DNA of 64,000 bases from Alphaproteobacteria bacterium (lineage in GTDB: Bacteria > Pseudomonadota > Alphaproteobacteria > UBA2966): the NCBI GenBank assembly GCA_964291395.2, contig OZ219856.1:32001-96000 (forward strand), read 5' to 3'. The position numbers and the translations under genes were made by a program. A model generated the notes under the pieces. The model saw only the letters and a program-made list of their open reading frames with translations. It did no database searches and had not been told where the DNA came from. Of the stretch, positions 62,329 to 64,000 are shown in pieces; position 1 is the stretch's first letter, and every line of letters begins with the position of its first letter.

Positions 62329-63456
62329 TCAGAAGCCTACGTTGATACCGACCATGAGCGCCTGGCCGGAGTTGTCGGCATCCCCTTCGCCGTCCATCTC
62401 GGCATCCTGGTAAGACGCCAGGAACCTCAAGCCCGGACCGATCGTGTAGCCGAAGCCCAGGGACCACGCGGTGTACGTGGCATCTCCAGGCGCATTGGTG
62501 TGCTGGTTCTCGCCGTCGAATCCCGTGATGCTGATCGCCCAAGGGCCTTGGCCGTACATGGCCCCGGCCTGCACGGCGGTGCCGCCGCCGCATCTCATGT
62601 CATCGTCCACGTCGGCAACCTGGGCGCCGACGGTGAAGCCCTGGGCGCTGAGCTGCATGCCTGCGTTCAGGGTCTGGTAGTCGTCGCTGCCGCAAGCGGC
62701 CGCGTCCGTGATGTTCGGCGCCGCTGCAACGCCCGCGCCGGCCATCATGGCCACGCCCACGCCGCCGACCTCTCCTTGGTAATGGACCGAGCCGTCGAAG
62801 GCATTGTGGTACTGCGTGTCCTCGTCGGCCACGCGGCCGTAGCCGGTCGTCGCCGAGTTGTCGATACGGTAGCGGTAGGAGCCGGTGAGACGGAAGCCGT
62901 TGAAGCGCGGCGAGTAGTATGTGAGGGTTGGCTGGTCATCCCCGACGTCCGTGTAAACCGAACCGAGGGGACCTTCGAACCTGCCGCCGACCGTGTCGTC
63001 GAACCAGAAGTGCGTGTGGCCCGAGCTGACGCCGTAGGCCGCGCTCGGTGGTGCCACCGCGGAGGTGTCTCCGTAGCGCCCGGACTGCATGTAACCGGCC
63101 CGGACCAAGCCCCAGCCGCTCGAAAGATCGATCCAGGTATGATCGATGCGGGTGCCGCCGGTGGAAGCACCTTCGAACTCGACCCGACCGCCGACCTTGA
63201 TGCCGTTTTCCATCTCGCCGGCGATGTTGACGAACACCTCGATGTTGTTCCGGGACGAGATGTTGCCCCGGTTCTCGCCGTCGTGGGCGTCCTGATTGGC
63301 GAAGTGGGTGGTGTGGTTGAAGAACCCGCCGAGCGACGCGCTCGGCGGCGTTGGCTCCATCATTTCCTTCTCTTCGGCAAGCGCACTGCCTGCCGCCAAG
63401 CTGACGGCGGCGGCAAGGGCCGTGGTGCCGAGAAGTCGTGATTTGGAAATCTTCAT
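62329..63456 (-). CDS. Outer membrane porin (alphaproteobacterial type)
   Basis: Signal LLGTTALAAA, ENGIKVGGRVEFEG, TYYSPRFNGF, YTIGPGL, C-terminal F. Confidence 0.9.
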   Translation of the reverse strand: MKISKSRLLGTTALAAAVSLAAGSALAEEKEMMEPTPPSASLGGFFNHTTHFANQDAHDGENRGNISSRNNIEVFVNIAGEMENGIKVGGRVEFEGASTGGTRIDHTWIDLSSGWGLVRAGYMQSGRYGDTSAVAPPSAAYGVSSGHTHFWFDDTVGGRFEGPLGSVYTDVGDDQPTLTYYSPRFNGFRLTGSYRYRIDNSATTGYGRVADEDTQYHNAFDGSVHYQGEVGGVGVAMMAGAGVAAAPNITDAAACGSDDYQTLNAGMQLSAQGFTVGAQVADVDDDMRCGGGTAVQAGAMYGQGPWAISITGFDGENQHTNAPGDATYTAWSLGFGYTIGPGLRFLASYQDAEMDGEGDADNSGQALMVGINVGF

Positions 63457-63585
63457 TACGCTGTTCCCTCCTTTAAGGGCCTTAGTTGTCTAGACGCCCG
63501 CAGTCTAAGGGACGGGGTGCGTGAAGGCACTAGGGCGCACCGTTTCGGTGGCGGGTTTCCCCGTTGTGTGACATTTCCGCTACGG

Positions 63586-63999
63586 TCAGGGCGTGATCGC
63601 GGCACAGTCGAAATATTCCGCGACCTCCCCGCACGTCCGGCCCTTGCGCACGTCGTCGAAGTACACGACTCGCGTGGGAACCTCTCCTCCGTATATCTGA
63701 CTGGTGTAGATGCCGAACTTGAAGAACACGGCGTTGTGCGTCCTGCGGTTCGTCGGCCCGAGCCATTCGTAGGAGGGCTCGGGCCGGCCGTTGACGTAGA
63801 CCCGGAGGAAGCCCTCGTCCCCCGCGCTCCATCTGACGTGGACGAGGAAGTCCGACCACCTGCCCCGCATGTCGTCGACCTTCAGAAGCTCGTTGCTCAC
63901 ATGAACATATCTGTAGCCGGGGTCCATCTTGTTCCTGACCAGGTAAAACTGGGTGAACTCGTACTCCCCGTCGATGACCCTCGCCTCCCCCCTGATTTG
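63586..63999 (-). CDS. Polysaccharide lyase / heparin lyase I-like beta-jelly-roll protein (5' truncated by window edge)
   Basis: GRWSDFLVHVRWS..DEGFLRVYVNG, FFKFGIY, VVYFDDVR; frame is open to the window end. Confidence 0.7.
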   Translation of the reverse strand, partial: QIRGEARVIDGEYEFTQFYLVRNKMDPGYRYVHVSNELLKVDDMRGRWSDFLVHVRWSAGDEGFLRVYVNGRPEPSYEWLGPTNRRTHNAVFFKFGIYTSQIYGGEVPTRVVYFDDVRKGRTCGEVAEYFDCAAITP

Positions 64000-64000
64000 A

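Overview
GC-rich bacterial window. The cycM/kdsB/pheA and hisN/yejABEF synteny, the ScfR/RamB-aceA pair and the porin type point to an alphaproteobacterium (inference). The left edge is an AT-richer amidohydrolase plus NitT/TauT ABC transporter block ending in mobile debris (SRAP pseudogene, istB fragment, IS3-family end). Next come a reduced sox module (soxY-soxZ-soxE-soxF plus a YeeE/SoxT transporter, without soxAXBCD), gltBD (gltD has a 1-bp frameshift), an in-frame hicA-hicB fusion, and housekeeping/catabolic genes (ilvA, adenine deaminase, ramB/aceA, acyl-CoA ligase, TauD, amidase, M17 peptidase, yejAABEF, hisN, cycM, kdsB, pheA). A bufferin-type MNIO RiPP cluster follows (DUF2282-DUF692-DUF2063-DoxX). 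The 48-62 kb accessory region holds many toxin-antitoxin modules (several with disabled toxins), a lipidated S8 autotransporter-like protease and a tandem array of TbpB-barrel-like lipoproteins. An AbiE-type module sits inside that array between ~380-bp diverged direct repeats of a lipoprotein 3' end; this is the best candidate for an undescribed system. No rRNA, tRNA or CRISPR array was recognised. All calls come from motif recognition by eye, without database searches. Several 1-bp indels in homopolymers may be sequencing errors.
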